From Candidatus Poribacteria bacterium (GTDB lineage Bacteria > Poribacteria > WGA-4E > PCPOR2b): a stretch of 64,000 bases of DNA. Each line of letters begins with the position of its first letter. Position 1 is the stretch's first letter. This document shows, piece after piece, positions 39,847 through 49,316 of the stretch. Where the stretch lies: assembly GCA_965223985.1 (NCBI GenBank), contig OZ245030.1, positions 2,240,082 to 2,304,081 on the forward strand, in the 5' to 3' direction. The position numbers and the translations under genes were made by a program. The notes beneath the pieces are model-generated. The model was not told where the DNA came from and searched no databases. It saw only the letters and a list, made by a program, of their open reading frames with translations.

Positions 39847-40845
39847 ATGTTCAGATATTCCGCTGGTGTTCTGAGTTTACTCCTAAGCGCGGCAATATTC
39901 GGAACAACAGATGCCAAGGAATTGGTGATTTATTCTGGAAGAAGTAAAAGTCTAGTTGAGCCAATCATCAAACAGTTTGAGAAGGAGACCGGCACCGAAG
40001 TCAAAGTACGGTACGGCGACACTGCGCAGTTGGCGGTTGCTTTACTGGAAGAGGGCGCAAAAAGCCCGTCAGATCTGTACTGGGCGCAGGACGCCGGTGC
40101 ACTCGGAGCGTTGAGCAAGCAAAAACTCTTTAGCCGATTGCCCGACTCGATTTTATCTGAGGCGCCGGAGCGTTTTCGAAACGTAAACGGAACTTGGGTC
40201 GCCACCAGCGGTCGTGCGCGCGTACTTGCCTACTCACCTGAGCGTGTCAACCCGGAAGCGTTACCCAATAGTATCTTCGATCTCACTCAGCCCATGTGGA
40301 AGGGACGAATCGGTTGGGCGCCACAGAACGCATCATTCCAAGCTTTCGTAACCGGAATGCGAGTTCTAGAAGGCGAGGAGAAAACCGAGGGCTGGCTGCG
40401 AGGTATGAAGGCAAACAAATCTAAAAGCTATGCAAAAAACACCCCGATCATCCAGGCGATTGCCGCCGGTGAAATTGATATGGGATTGCCAAACCACTAC
40501 TATCTCCTGCGCTTCAAAAAGAGCAATGCGAAGTTCCCTGTCGAGCAGACCTTCTTCAAAGCCGGCGACCTAGGAAATCTGGTCAACGTAGCTGGCATAG
40601 CTCTCCTGAAGAGTAGCAGGCGGTCTGAAGACGCGTTGGCGTTCATCAAATTTTTGCTATCCACCAAAGCCCAGCAGTTCTTTACCAGCGAGGTCTTCGA
40701 GTACCCAGTCACGGATAAGGTGATTCCAAACGCAAAACTGTTATCGCTGGATGACCTTCAAAAGCAGATGCCAGCTCTTAACCTAGAGGATTTAGACGAT
40801 CTGGATGGCACGCTGAAACTACTGAGGAAGGTCGGTCTTCTATGA
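39847..40845 (+). CDS. fbpA: Fe3+ ABC transporter substrate-binding protein (FbpA/FutA-like)
   Basis: LVIYSGR, EGAKSPSDLYWAQDAG, SGRARVLAY, NHYYL (Tyr-Tyr iron ligands). Confidence 0.85.
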   Translation: MFRYSAGVLSLLLSAAIFGTTDAKELVIYSGRSKSLVEPIIKQFEKETGTEVKVRYGDTAQLAVALLEEGAKSPSDLYWAQDAGALGALSKQKLFSRLPDSILSEAPERFRNVNGTWVATSGRARVLAYSPERVNPEALPNSIFDLTQPMWKGRIGWAPQNASFQAFVTGMRVLEGEEKTEGWLRGMKANKSKSYAKNTPIIQAIAAGEIDMGLPNHYYLLRFKKSNAKFPVEQTFFKAGDLGNLVNVAGIALLKSSRRSEDALAFIKFLLSTKAQQFFTSEVFEYPVTDKVIPNAKLLSLDDLQKQMPALNLEDLDDLDGTLKLLRKVGLL

Positions 40846-42419
40846 GAACTCTTCTCGCGCGGCAACTCTCTCCATGGTATTTAACGCTTCCTGCGATTGC
40901 GGTCGGAACAGCAATACTCTTGCCATTGGCTTACCTACTCGTCCGAGCCTTCCAAGCGGAAGCAGCGGATCTCATGCAGATTGTCTTCCGTGCGAGAAAT
41001 CTGTACCTCTTCGTGAATACATTTCTCCTCGCTGCTGGGGTACTAGCTGTCGGCGGGTTATTGGCGACCCCTCTTGCGTGGCTCACCACACGTACAGAAC
41101 TCAAAGGCAAACGGATTTTTACCTTGTTGGGCGTTTTGCCACTGGCGATTCCGGGTTACGTAATGGCGTATACTTTGTTGGGACTGAGCGGTCCCGATGG
41201 AATTGTTGCGAGTCTCTTTGGGCTCAAGTTGCCCCGTCTAAGTGGCTACTGGGGTGCGCTCATCGCACTCAGTTTCTACACGTTTCCTTATCTCTTTGTG
41301 AATATACGTTCAGCGCTGTTAGGGCTTGATGCGGCGCTCGAAGAATCTGCTCGCAGTCTCGGTTACCGGACATGGGAAGTTTCCCGATATGTGGTTATCC
41401 CACAGCTTCGCCCAACCTTTTACGCTGGCGGGCTCATCGTCGGACTGCACGTTCTCGGTGATTTTGGCGTGGTTTCATTGATGCGCTACGAAACCTTTAG
41501 TTACGCGCTTTACTCGCAGACCCAATCCTTCGATCGCACTTACGCGGCTTGGCTCGCATTGATGCTTCTCCTCCTCGCTGGCGTCTTCATCTACACTGAA
41601 GCTAAACTGTTGCGTGGAACTAGGCTTCACCGCACAGGAAGTGGTCCACCTCGTAAAGTATCACTTATCCCCCTTGGTCCTTGGCAGGGACCTGCCTACA
41701 TTTTCCTCGGCGTTTTAGCGTTTGCCAGTGTGATTGTTCCCACTGTAACAATCTGTTTCTGGATGCTGAAGGAAAACGTAACTTCAAATTTTCAAGCCCT
41801 GCACGAAGCACTCCTTGGATCGGTCTTTGCTTCAACACCTGCCGCGCTTATCTCCACCTGCTTCGCTGTGCCGCTTGCCTATTTGGGCGTGCGTTACCCC
41901 ACGTTCCTCTCCCGAATCCTAGAACGTGTGGCATATATCGGTTACGCCACTCCACCTGTGGCTCTCGCACTTGCATTCATCTTTTTCACACTACAAATAC
42001 CTGGGATTTATCAGACACTTTGGGTCTTGATCTTTGCTTACACATTGCACTTCCTCGCTGAAGCAATCGGTCCCGTCCGTAGCGCGCTCTATCAAGCGCC
42101 GCCTCGCTTGGAGGAGGCCGCTCAGTCTCTTGGCTATGCCCCTCTAAAGGCGTTTATCAAGGCAACTTTTCCGCTTTTGCGCGGCGGACTTACAGCGAGT
42201 ACCGCCTTAGTTTTTCTCTCTGCCATGAAAGAACTCCCCCTTACAGTCTTGCTTTCTCCCGCGGGATACGAGACGTTGGCGGTAAACGTCTGGGGTTACA
42301 CAACAGAAGCTGAATTTGCCAAAGCTGCACCGTACGCACTCGTCATTCTGCTTTTCTCGGCACTGTTTCTGGGACTTCTACTCATCCAGGAAAGGATTCA
42401 CCATGAAGCCCTTGCTTAG
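40842..42419 (+). CDS. fbpB: Fe3+ ABC transporter permease (FbpB-like)
   Basis: Two EAA loops (LEESARSLG, LEEAAQSLG), DFG, MKELPLT. Confidence 0.85.
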   Translation: MRTLLARQLSPWYLTLPAIAVGTAILLPLAYLLVRAFQAEAADLMQIVFRARNLYLFVNTFLLAAGVLAVGGLLATPLAWLTTRTELKGKRIFTLLGVLPLAIPGYVMAYTLLGLSGPDGIVASLFGLKLPRLSGYWGALIALSFYTFPYLFVNIRSALLGLDAALEESARSLGYRTWEVSRYVVIPQLRPTFYAGGLIVGLHVLGDFGVVSLMRYETFSYALYSQTQSFDRTYAAWLALMLLLLAGVFIYTEAKLLRGTRLHRTGSGPPRKVSLIPLGPWQGPAYIFLGVLAFASVIVPTVTICFWMLKENVTSNFQALHEALLGSVFASTPAALISTCFAVPLAYLGVRYPTFLSRILERVAYIGYATPPVALALAFIFFTLQIPGIYQTLWVLIFAYTLHFLAEAIGPVRSALYQAPPRLEEAAQSLGYAPLKAFIKATFPLLRGGLTASTALVFLSAMKELPLTVLLSPAGYETLAVNVWGYTTEAEFAKAAPYALVILLFSALFLGLLLIQERIHHEALA

Positions 42420-43518
42420 TGTGCGCAATCTTACCAAGCAACTTGCTCCTCACCTTGGCCCTGTAGTAGTGCGGGTGAGCTTTGATGTTTACCCCAGCGA
42501 AATCTTCGCGCTTTTAGGTCCGAGCGGCTGTGGGAAGACAACGACATTGCGAATGATTGCCGGCTTTGAGCGCCCTGATGCAGGAGAGATTTATCTGGAA
42601 GATCGGCTTCTTGACAGCCCCGAAGTACACCTGTCACCGAAAACACGGGGAATCGGATTTGTCTTTCAGGACTACGCCCTTTTCCCGCATCTCAACGTCA
42701 TGGACAATGTCGGATTTGGACTCAGGAAACTGCCCGCAAAATCGCTTCGTCAGCGGTCTCTAGAGGTGATGGAGTTGGTCAACCTGATTTCAATCAAAGA
42801 TCGGAAGCCTCATGAGCTTTCGGGGGGAGAGCAACAGCGGGTCGCGTTGGCTCGTTCAATTGCTGCAGGTCCCGAGTTAATCCTGTTAGACGAGCCATTT
42901 TCTAACCTTGATGCTGAGTTGCGTCATACAACCCGTGAAGAGGTGCGGGGGCTGTTGAAAAAAACCGGGATGAGCGCGGTGTTGGTCACACATGACCAAG
43001 AGGAAGCTCTCTGCTTAGCCAATAGAATCGCTGTAATGCAGAACGGACAGATTGAGCAAGTCGGGACACCCGAATCAATCTATCACCGTCCACAAACACC
43101 ATTCGTGGCGGAGTTTCTTGGTAAGACAAACCTGATTGCTGGAGAAGCTAAGGGCGATTGTGCCGACACTCCGCTGGGTATACTGCCACTCGATTGCAAT
43201 GTGGTGGGGAAAGTGCTGCTTTCGATTCGCCCTGAGCACCTTGCTATTGAGCATTCCAATAAGGTTCACCTGAATGGTTTCCGAGGTAAAATCGTGATGC
43301 GCGAGTTTAAGGGGCATGATTTGACGTATCGGGTACAAATCGGAGAACACAGTTACTTTGTGCAGACTGACCACCGCTGCCCGTTTAAGGTCGACGATCA
43401 AGTGCAGCTTAGAGCCGTTGAGACCGCAGTGGTGATACGTGGCAGCGACGAGTCCGGTACGCTTAAATCGCCACCCAGTATGCATAGCCAAGATACGAGC
43501 GCGGCGAAATCTTTTTGA
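42403..43518 (+). CDS. fbpC: Fe3+ ABC transporter ATPase (FbpC-like)
   Basis: GPSGCGKTT, FQDYALFPH, LSGGEQQR, LLDEP, TOBE-type tail. Confidence 0.85.
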   Translation: MKPLLSVRNLTKQLAPHLGPVVVRVSFDVYPSEIFALLGPSGCGKTTTLRMIAGFERPDAGEIYLEDRLLDSPEVHLSPKTRGIGFVFQDYALFPHLNVMDNVGFGLRKLPAKSLRQRSLEVMELVNLISIKDRKPHELSGGEQQRVALARSIAAGPELILLDEPFSNLDAELRHTTREEVRGLLKKTGMSAVLVTHDQEEALCLANRIAVMQNGQIEQVGTPESIYHRPQTPFVAEFLGKTNLIAGEAKGDCADTPLGILPLDCNVVGKVLLSIRPEHLAIEHSNKVHLNGFRGKIVMREFKGHDLTYRVQIGEHSYFVQTDHRCPFKVDDQVQLRAVETAVVIRGSDESGTLKSPPSMHSQDTSAAKSF

Positions 43519-43890
43519 GAACTGTGCGAATGAGGATTGTTAGCTAATGGAATACAGATTATTGCTTAACACGCTGGCTTACCTTGGGACACCACATGCT
43601 TTTCAGGACGCAAGTGAAAAGTAGGAAGTCCTTTGCTCTCCACCGTCCTTTATCTTCCATAGTCTTCCTTATGAGGGACGAAGCGGGACATTGCTCCGAT
43701 TTCATGGGAAGTTTTCTATCAGAAATGGTATGATTCACCAATCTGAACCTATCGTCTCAACCCCAAACATCTCGAAACAGGGTTCATCTCTACGAAATCT
43801 TTCCAACCGGGGGATTATGGGAGCACGGAGAACTTCTCTCGGCTTCCCTTTTGGCTATATGTGGAACAGTCTATTTTTGAAGGAGTAATC

Positions 43891-45162
43891 ATGTCTAGCG
43901 AGAACATACTAACGCAGCCGGTGCAACCTGCTGTGAATATCGTTGACCCCATCCACGATTTTGTAAAAGAAGGTGTTGATTTACATGTCGAGCGTCTTGA
44001 CACCGAATCCGATCCATTTTGGAAAACATTGTGTGACCTTGGTACCGAGCTCTGGCTCGACACAGGTGACATCGACGGAGCAACGCCGCTATGGACTGAT
44101 GAATTCACCGCCCTAACGACGAACAACACCCTGCTTAACGCCGAAGTCCAAAAAGGTATCTACGACGATCTGATTCAGAGAGCTGCCGATGCGCTTTCTG
44201 GGTTGGATATGCAGACTCGGATTATCGAGATTGCGTTTGTACTAAATGCCTATCATGGACTTCGTCTAGCTCAGCGATTTGGCGGCAGGGTAAGCGTAGA
44301 ACTACATACAGATCTGGCACATGACATTGAGAGAAGCGTATCCTATGGTTACCGGTATTACAACATTTGCCCCGAGTCCTTTATTATCAAAATCCCACTG
44401 ACACCAGCTGGTCTAATTGCCACACGACGCTTGCGAGAATCAGGAGTACCAGTTAATTTCACTTTGGGGTTCAGCGCACGACATAATTACATAGCAACGG
44501 CATTTAGTGCGCCTTCGTACGTTAACGTCTTCCTTGGTCGGCTCAATGCTTACATGGTTGATAATCAATTGGGTGACGGCAAGTCGGTCGGTGAAAAGTC
44601 TTCACTTGCGAGCCAGCGAGCCGTCAAAAACCTTACTCGGGGTACTCGCGAACCGACTCGGCAAATCGCCGCGAGCTTGAGAGGGGCTGAACAGCTTGCG
44701 GATTTGGCAGGAATTGATGTTATCACCATGCCTGTTAAGGTTGCATCTGCTGCCAAGAATGAACTCTCCGGAGAGTGGAAACACAGTGTTGAAAACGATT
44801 ATTCGATACATCTCAACGACGATGTCAGTGCATCGGATGTCCGTATACATACGTTCTGGGAAGTTTCAGAGTCCGAGCGTCGGTTCGTTGACGGTCTCAC
44901 AACCGATGTCCCTCGGACAGCGGAGGAGTTGATGAAGCAAGCGCATGACGTTGGTGCCGGCGATCTGTTCCCCAGGCTTTCTGAAACAGACCTCGACCAA
45001 ATCGCATCCGACGGAAAAATTCCGAATCACAAAATCTGGGCAGATCGCGTCAAATCAGGAGAACTAGCGATTGACACGCTCTTGAACCTCGCTGGACTAG
45101 CCTCGTTTGCCACCGACCAAAAGGCGCTCGACGAACGCATCCACAGACTGATTGGCGGGTAA
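43891..45162 (+). CDS. Transaldolase family protein
   Basis: LWLDTG, LTTNNTL, VSVEL, IIKIPLTPAGL, VNFTLGFS. Confidence 0.8.
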   Translation: MSSENILTQPVQPAVNIVDPIHDFVKEGVDLHVERLDTESDPFWKTLCDLGTELWLDTGDIDGATPLWTDEFTALTTNNTLLNAEVQKGIYDDLIQRAADALSGLDMQTRIIEIAFVLNAYHGLRLAQRFGGRVSVELHTDLAHDIERSVSYGYRYYNICPESFIIKIPLTPAGLIATRRLRESGVPVNFTLGFSARHNYIATAFSAPSYVNVFLGRLNAYMVDNQLGDGKSVGEKSSLASQRAVKNLTRGTREPTRQIAASLRGAEQLADLAGIDVITMPVKVASAAKNELSGEWKHSVENDYSIHLNDDVSASDVRIHTFWEVSESERRFVDGLTTDVPRTAEELMKQAHDVGAGDLFPRLSETDLDQIASDGKIPNHKIWADRVKSGELAIDTLLNLAGLASFATDQKALDERIHRLIGG

Positions 45163-45281
45163 TGGGTCGTAAAAGCGCTCTTCTGTTCGAGGAGAGTTAG
45201 AGAGGTAGTCCATTAGTCGCCGCCCGTGTATTTATTGCTTCAACCGGATTAACCAGGTTTTGCTGGCGAAGGAGAGGAACC

Positions 45282-46490
45282 ATGACGCGTACGATTGGCA
45301 TCGGCGTAATCGGGTTGGGTTGGATGGGGATGACACACAGCCGCTCCTACCGAGAAATTGCGCATCGTTTTCATGACAGTGGTATCCAACCCCGCCTGGT
45401 GCTTTGCGCAGATGAGGTAGAAAGTCGTGCACGCCAAACGAAAGCGCGGTTCGGTTTTGAGCGGTGCACTGCGGATTGGAAGCAAGTAATCGCCGATCCG
45501 GCTGTTGAGGTGGTGAATATTGCTGCATCGAACAACGTGCATCTTGAAATTGCCCGGGCAGCAGCCGAAGCAGGGAAACATATCTTCTGCGAGAAACCTG
45601 TCGGTCGAAACCCGCAGGAAACGGATGAAATTGCTCGGGCAGCGCGCCGGGCCGGTGTTTTAACTTTTGTGGGTTACAATTACAGGTGGGCGCCGCTTGT
45701 ACAGTATGCGCACCAACTGATCCAGACAGGGCGACTGGGTAAGCTAACCCACTACCGGGGCAAATTCTTTACGGGTTGGGCTAGTAATCCTAATACGGTA
45801 CTGACGTGGCGGTTTCAGCGAGAACTTGCTGGGCTAGGAACCTTGGGAGATTTGCTATCGCATGTGATTGATATGGCGCATATGATTGCCGGCCCCATTA
45901 TGCGTGTGATTGGAAATCGTGAGACGTTCGTCTCCAAACGCCCGGTCCCAATGTCCGGCGAAGGTACACATACCACAACTCGCACAGAGGGACCGATGGG
46001 TGATGTCACTAACGAAGACTATGCGGGAGCATTGGTCCAATTTGACAATGGGGCGCATGGCACGCTAGAGGCATGCCGGATTATAAGCGGTATGAAATCT
46101 CCGATGGCGTTCGAGGTGAACGGTACACGTGGTGCGCTGAGCTGGGACTTTGAGCGGATGAATGAACTCCATCTCTATCTTCCAGATGAGAGCAGTACCC
46201 ATGACGGTTATGTCCGCATTGTCGGCGGACCAGAGCATCCTTTCCATGCCCGGTTTAATCCCGGTCCAGGTATTGGCTTAGGCTATGAAGAGCTCAAGAT
46301 CATTGAAGCCCACCAATTCTTGAAATCTATCCTAGATGGTCAACAAGTTGCACCCGGCTTTGCAGAAGCTTCAGCAGTGGCACAGGTGCAATCTGCGATT
46401 CAACACTCGTGGGATACCGGGCATTGGGAAGACGTAGGACGACTGCGGAAGCAGTCGGAGGCTAGCCATTCGATTCACAAGTCTGAATAG
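45282..46490 (+). CDS. Gfo/Idh/MocA family oxidoreductase
   Basis: [29 protein letters not shown]. Confidence 0.9.
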   Translation: MTRTIGIGVIGLGWMGMTHSRSYREIAHRFHDSGIQPRLVLCADEVESRARQTKARFGFERCTADWKQVIADPAVEVVNIAASNNVHLEIARAAAEAGKHIFCEKPVGRNPQETDEIARAARRAGVLTFVGYNYRWAPLVQYAHQLIQTGRLGKLTHYRGKFFTGWASNPNTVLTWRFQRELAGLGTLGDLLSHVIDMAHMIAGPIMRVIGNRETFVSKRPVPMSGEGTHTTTRTEGPMGDVTNEDYAGALVQFDNGAHGTLEACRIISGMKSPMAFEVNGTRGALSWDFERMNELHLYLPDESSTHDGYVRIVGGPEHPFHARFNPGPGIGLGYEELKIIEAHQFLKSILDGQQVAPGFAEASAVAQVQSAIQHSWDTGHWEDVGRLRKQSEASHSIHKSE

Positions 46491-46707
46491 TGCCTATCGG
46501 TAGCCAATTTGTGAGAATTTGGACATGCCAGTGAATTCTTAACAGCCTACGATTTCGGTTGAGCGTCCAAGCCTGGCTTTAATCTTCAGCCATTCGGTCG
46601 GTTTTCCGTACTCGACGCACAATCCTACGAATCGCATTTCCTTTGACAACACGCTTGAGCGCTGAAACACTGTGCCGAGATAGTATTCGTTGTAACTGTA
46701 CGATATG

Positions 46708-48270
46708 TTAATCGAGTGAATCGAAGAACGTAAGATCCGCACCGAAGTTCTGCATGGCAACTACCGCATCGCCCCGAATCCGGGTACGAATCTCCCTTGT
46801 GCGATGTTTGAGTTGGATTTCCTGCTCAGAGATGGGGAACTTAATGGATAACACCCGATTCACTGGAGGCGCGCCGATAAAAAGATAGCCGTTAGTGTGC
46901 CGTGGCGATTCAGTTGTCCCCTCTACCGTTATACTCGCTGGATCAACCCAAGAAGGAATGCGGACAAACAAGGGTGCTGGATGCTTTGTCCGAATACGTA
47001 ATCCCGAGCCCGTATAAGGAGATTGAACCTTGATTGCATCGGTTTCGTGGTCAAAGAGAAGGTTGACCCAGTGTCCGGCGGCGTCAAATCGTGTGACCTC
47101 CCGGTAGGCCTCGCACAGCGAACCCACGGCACCGCCGACGATGTCCATGTTGAAACTCACGTGGGAAGTGTCGATTGCCTGGTGACCATAAGGTGCTGGG
47201 AAGCCGAAGGCCCCCAGATGTCTGTTGGCAACATCCCGCTTGCCATCCTCGCCTTCTGGGTTGGGTGGCTCTTCGATAAAGGAGATGTCGCGCAATTGAG
47301 AAGGCAGCAGGTGCCCGCGCAAAATTCGCTCGGCGTCTTCGTAATAATCTGTGTAACCCCAACTGCCTAGAATCAACGCAGTTTCGACGATGTCCCCGGT
47401 GTTATTCACTTCGCCGTTATCCGGAGATGTATCCTCCCGGCTAGACTCGATGACCCAACCAAGAGCATCGCGAATGTCCCACAGACCGTTGTCGTAAAAA
47501 GTTTTCACCCGATTCATGAGTGTTGAATCACTTGTCAGGTCCGCGAGTTGAGCAAGCGATGACATGGTACACGTTGTCGAATGCGTGTGTGACGCAAAAA
47601 TCATCGGGTCGTATTGACCTTCTTCAGTAAAGATTTCGTTAATAGCTTTCTCCTTGAGAACAATCGCCAAATCCAAGGCGGGACCATATCCTGTGGCTTC
47701 GTAATACTTCACAAGTGGACCAATGGCACGCGCCAAGCTCGTGGCAAACGCATCGCCTGGGGCTCTCAACCCCATTTCTTCTATGCGTTCCCGATCCCAG
47801 CCGCGCGATGTGTCCCAGTGTTCGAAGATGGCAGCGATGGAGTCTTCAGCTAAGCGGCAAGCCCGCTCGGATTTGCGGTACTTGGCAAGAGCGTAGAGCG
47901 CATGAAAGCCTTCTCGAATGTTGTGTGCAATACAATTTTTTAGTTCGCCGTCGATTGTCTCGCGGTTCAAGGGCAGCGGTATGGGCCCGCTATAAGAAAA
48001 GAACGCGGCATTGGCATGCTTTTCGATAGAATCCTCGGCTAGTTCAATTCCGATAGCATCTTCAGCATTTAACAGTGCGTTCAAGTGGCGGCCTGGAACA
48101 TGGGATTCCGACGCATAGGGAGCGAAGCTTAACTTCGCGTCAGGGCGCACGAGCGACCCGAAAAAGGGGATGTCATTGTCGTCCGCATCGAAAACGTTAC
48201 ACATGGTTCGACAGCCCAGAGATATGGCGTCACGAATATCGGTTGTGTTTACGTCGTTGAGTTTCGCCAT
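46708..48270 (-). CDS. Hypothetical six-hairpin glycosidase-like protein (GH127-like)
   Basis: HTHS, GEVNNTGDIV, YYEDAERILRGHLL and a C-terminal LFVRIPSW segment, reminiscent of GH127/GH146. Confidence 0.45.
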   Translation of the reverse strand: MAKLNDVNTTDIRDAISLGCRTMCNVFDADDNDIPFFGSLVRPDAKLSFAPYASESHVPGRHLNALLNAEDAIGIELAEDSIEKHANAAFFSYSGPIPLPLNRETIDGELKNCIAHNIREGFHALYALAKYRKSERACRLAEDSIAAIFEHWDTSRGWDRERIEEMGLRAPGDAFATSLARAIGPLVKYYEATGYGPALDLAIVLKEKAINEIFTEEGQYDPMIFASHTHSTTCTMSSLAQLADLTSDSTLMNRVKTFYDNGLWDIRDALGWVIESSREDTSPDNGEVNNTGDIVETALILGSWGYTDYYEDAERILRGHLLPSQLRDISFIEEPPNPEGEDGKRDVANRHLGAFGFPAPYGHQAIDTSHVSFNMDIVGGAVGSLCEAYREVTRFDAAGHWVNLLFDHETDAIKVQSPYTGSGLRIRTKHPAPLFVRIPSWVDPASITVEGTTESPRHTNGYLFIGAPPVNRVLSIKFPISEQEIQLKHRTREIRTRIRGDAVVAMQNFGADLTFFDSLD

Positions 48271-48420
48271 TAGGTTTTTTCTCCTTGTTGGTTATTTTGA
48301 ACCCGATTATGAAATCAACTTGTGGGGAATCATTTTCTGAGTAAAAAGGAGCATGTTAATATCAGCGCGTTATCGCTTAACTGGATAGCGAACATAATTT
48401 TATGCTAGCCGTCCGATTGA

Positions 48421-49257
48421 TTACAATCTATCATCTCCTTCTAAATAGCTGTTCATGATTCTGTGTGTTTTTAGGGTGGACCAAGTGGTTGACAGTTTGC
48501 CTTTGGGATTCACGGCGAATGCACTGACAGCCGGCATTACGCCTTCCTTCATGACGGTTTGGATTTCCCTCTGTACCAAAGCCCGGCTGAAAACAAAAAC
48601 TTCATCGATAACACCGCCTTCCAGCGTATGCATTCCGTCGGACTCCCCTCTACCGACATATAGCGTCGATGGGCTAGCAATGGGTGGTTTTATCGCTTCA
48701 TCAACACCCGTTAATTGTTTCCCATTGACGTAGACATTTCCCCTTTGACCATCATAAGTTAAGACGTAATGGTACCATGTATTCAACTTAAACTGAAAAC
48801 CGGCAAAGGTTCTGTCATTTGGCGGCCCATTTGACGCGTTCCAATATGGATTGAAACCCGGACTCACCAGAATGCGATATTTGCAACACCCGGCGCCCTC
48901 CATCTCAACATTGATAATCGCGTCAAAACCCTTGTGCTGCGTAAGTTTGAAATACGCGCCTAGGGAATATTGACCTGTTTCTGAGATTGGGTCAAGAATT
49001 TCCCCCACTGCTGCTACATGAGAATTGTCCCCGTTCCCAAATTCTACGGCGCTTCCACCCTTCCCGTTCTCCGTCCACCTAGCTCCATTCTTGAGTTTGC
49101 CGTCAAAACCATTTCCCGATGCGTCTTCAGTCCGAACTCCATTTCCTTCATTAAATGGGAGGTAAATCAACAAATTCTCCGGCGGGCTGGCTGAAACCAC
49201 AAAAATTTTCCCAGCGGAAAAGAGTATAGAAACAGCAAACACGAATCGCACCTTCAT
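48421..49257 (-). CDS. Secreted LamG-like domain protein
   Basis: Signal peptide, YLPFNEGNG..DASGNG, WYHYVLTYDG, IDEVFVFSRAL; tail VNPKGKLSTTWSTLK. Confidence 0.85.
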   Translation of the reverse strand: MKVRFVFAVSILFSAGKIFVVSASPPENLLIYLPFNEGNGVRTEDASGNGFDGKLKNGARWTENGKGGSAVEFGNGDNSHVAAVGEILDPISETGQYSLGAYFKLTQHKGFDAIINVEMEGAGCCKYRILVSPGFNPYWNASNGPPNDRTFAGFQFKLNTWYHYVLTYDGQRGNVYVNGKQLTGVDEAIKPPIASPSTLYVGRGESDGMHTLEGGVIDEVFVFSRALVQREIQTVMKEGVMPAVSAFAVNPKGKLSTTWSTLKTHRIMNSYLEGDDRL

Positions 49258-49316
49258 TTTGTTCTCCAAAAAGCTCGTTAGGTTTCCAGCAGATAATCGT
49301 CTCGGTAGATGACTGT

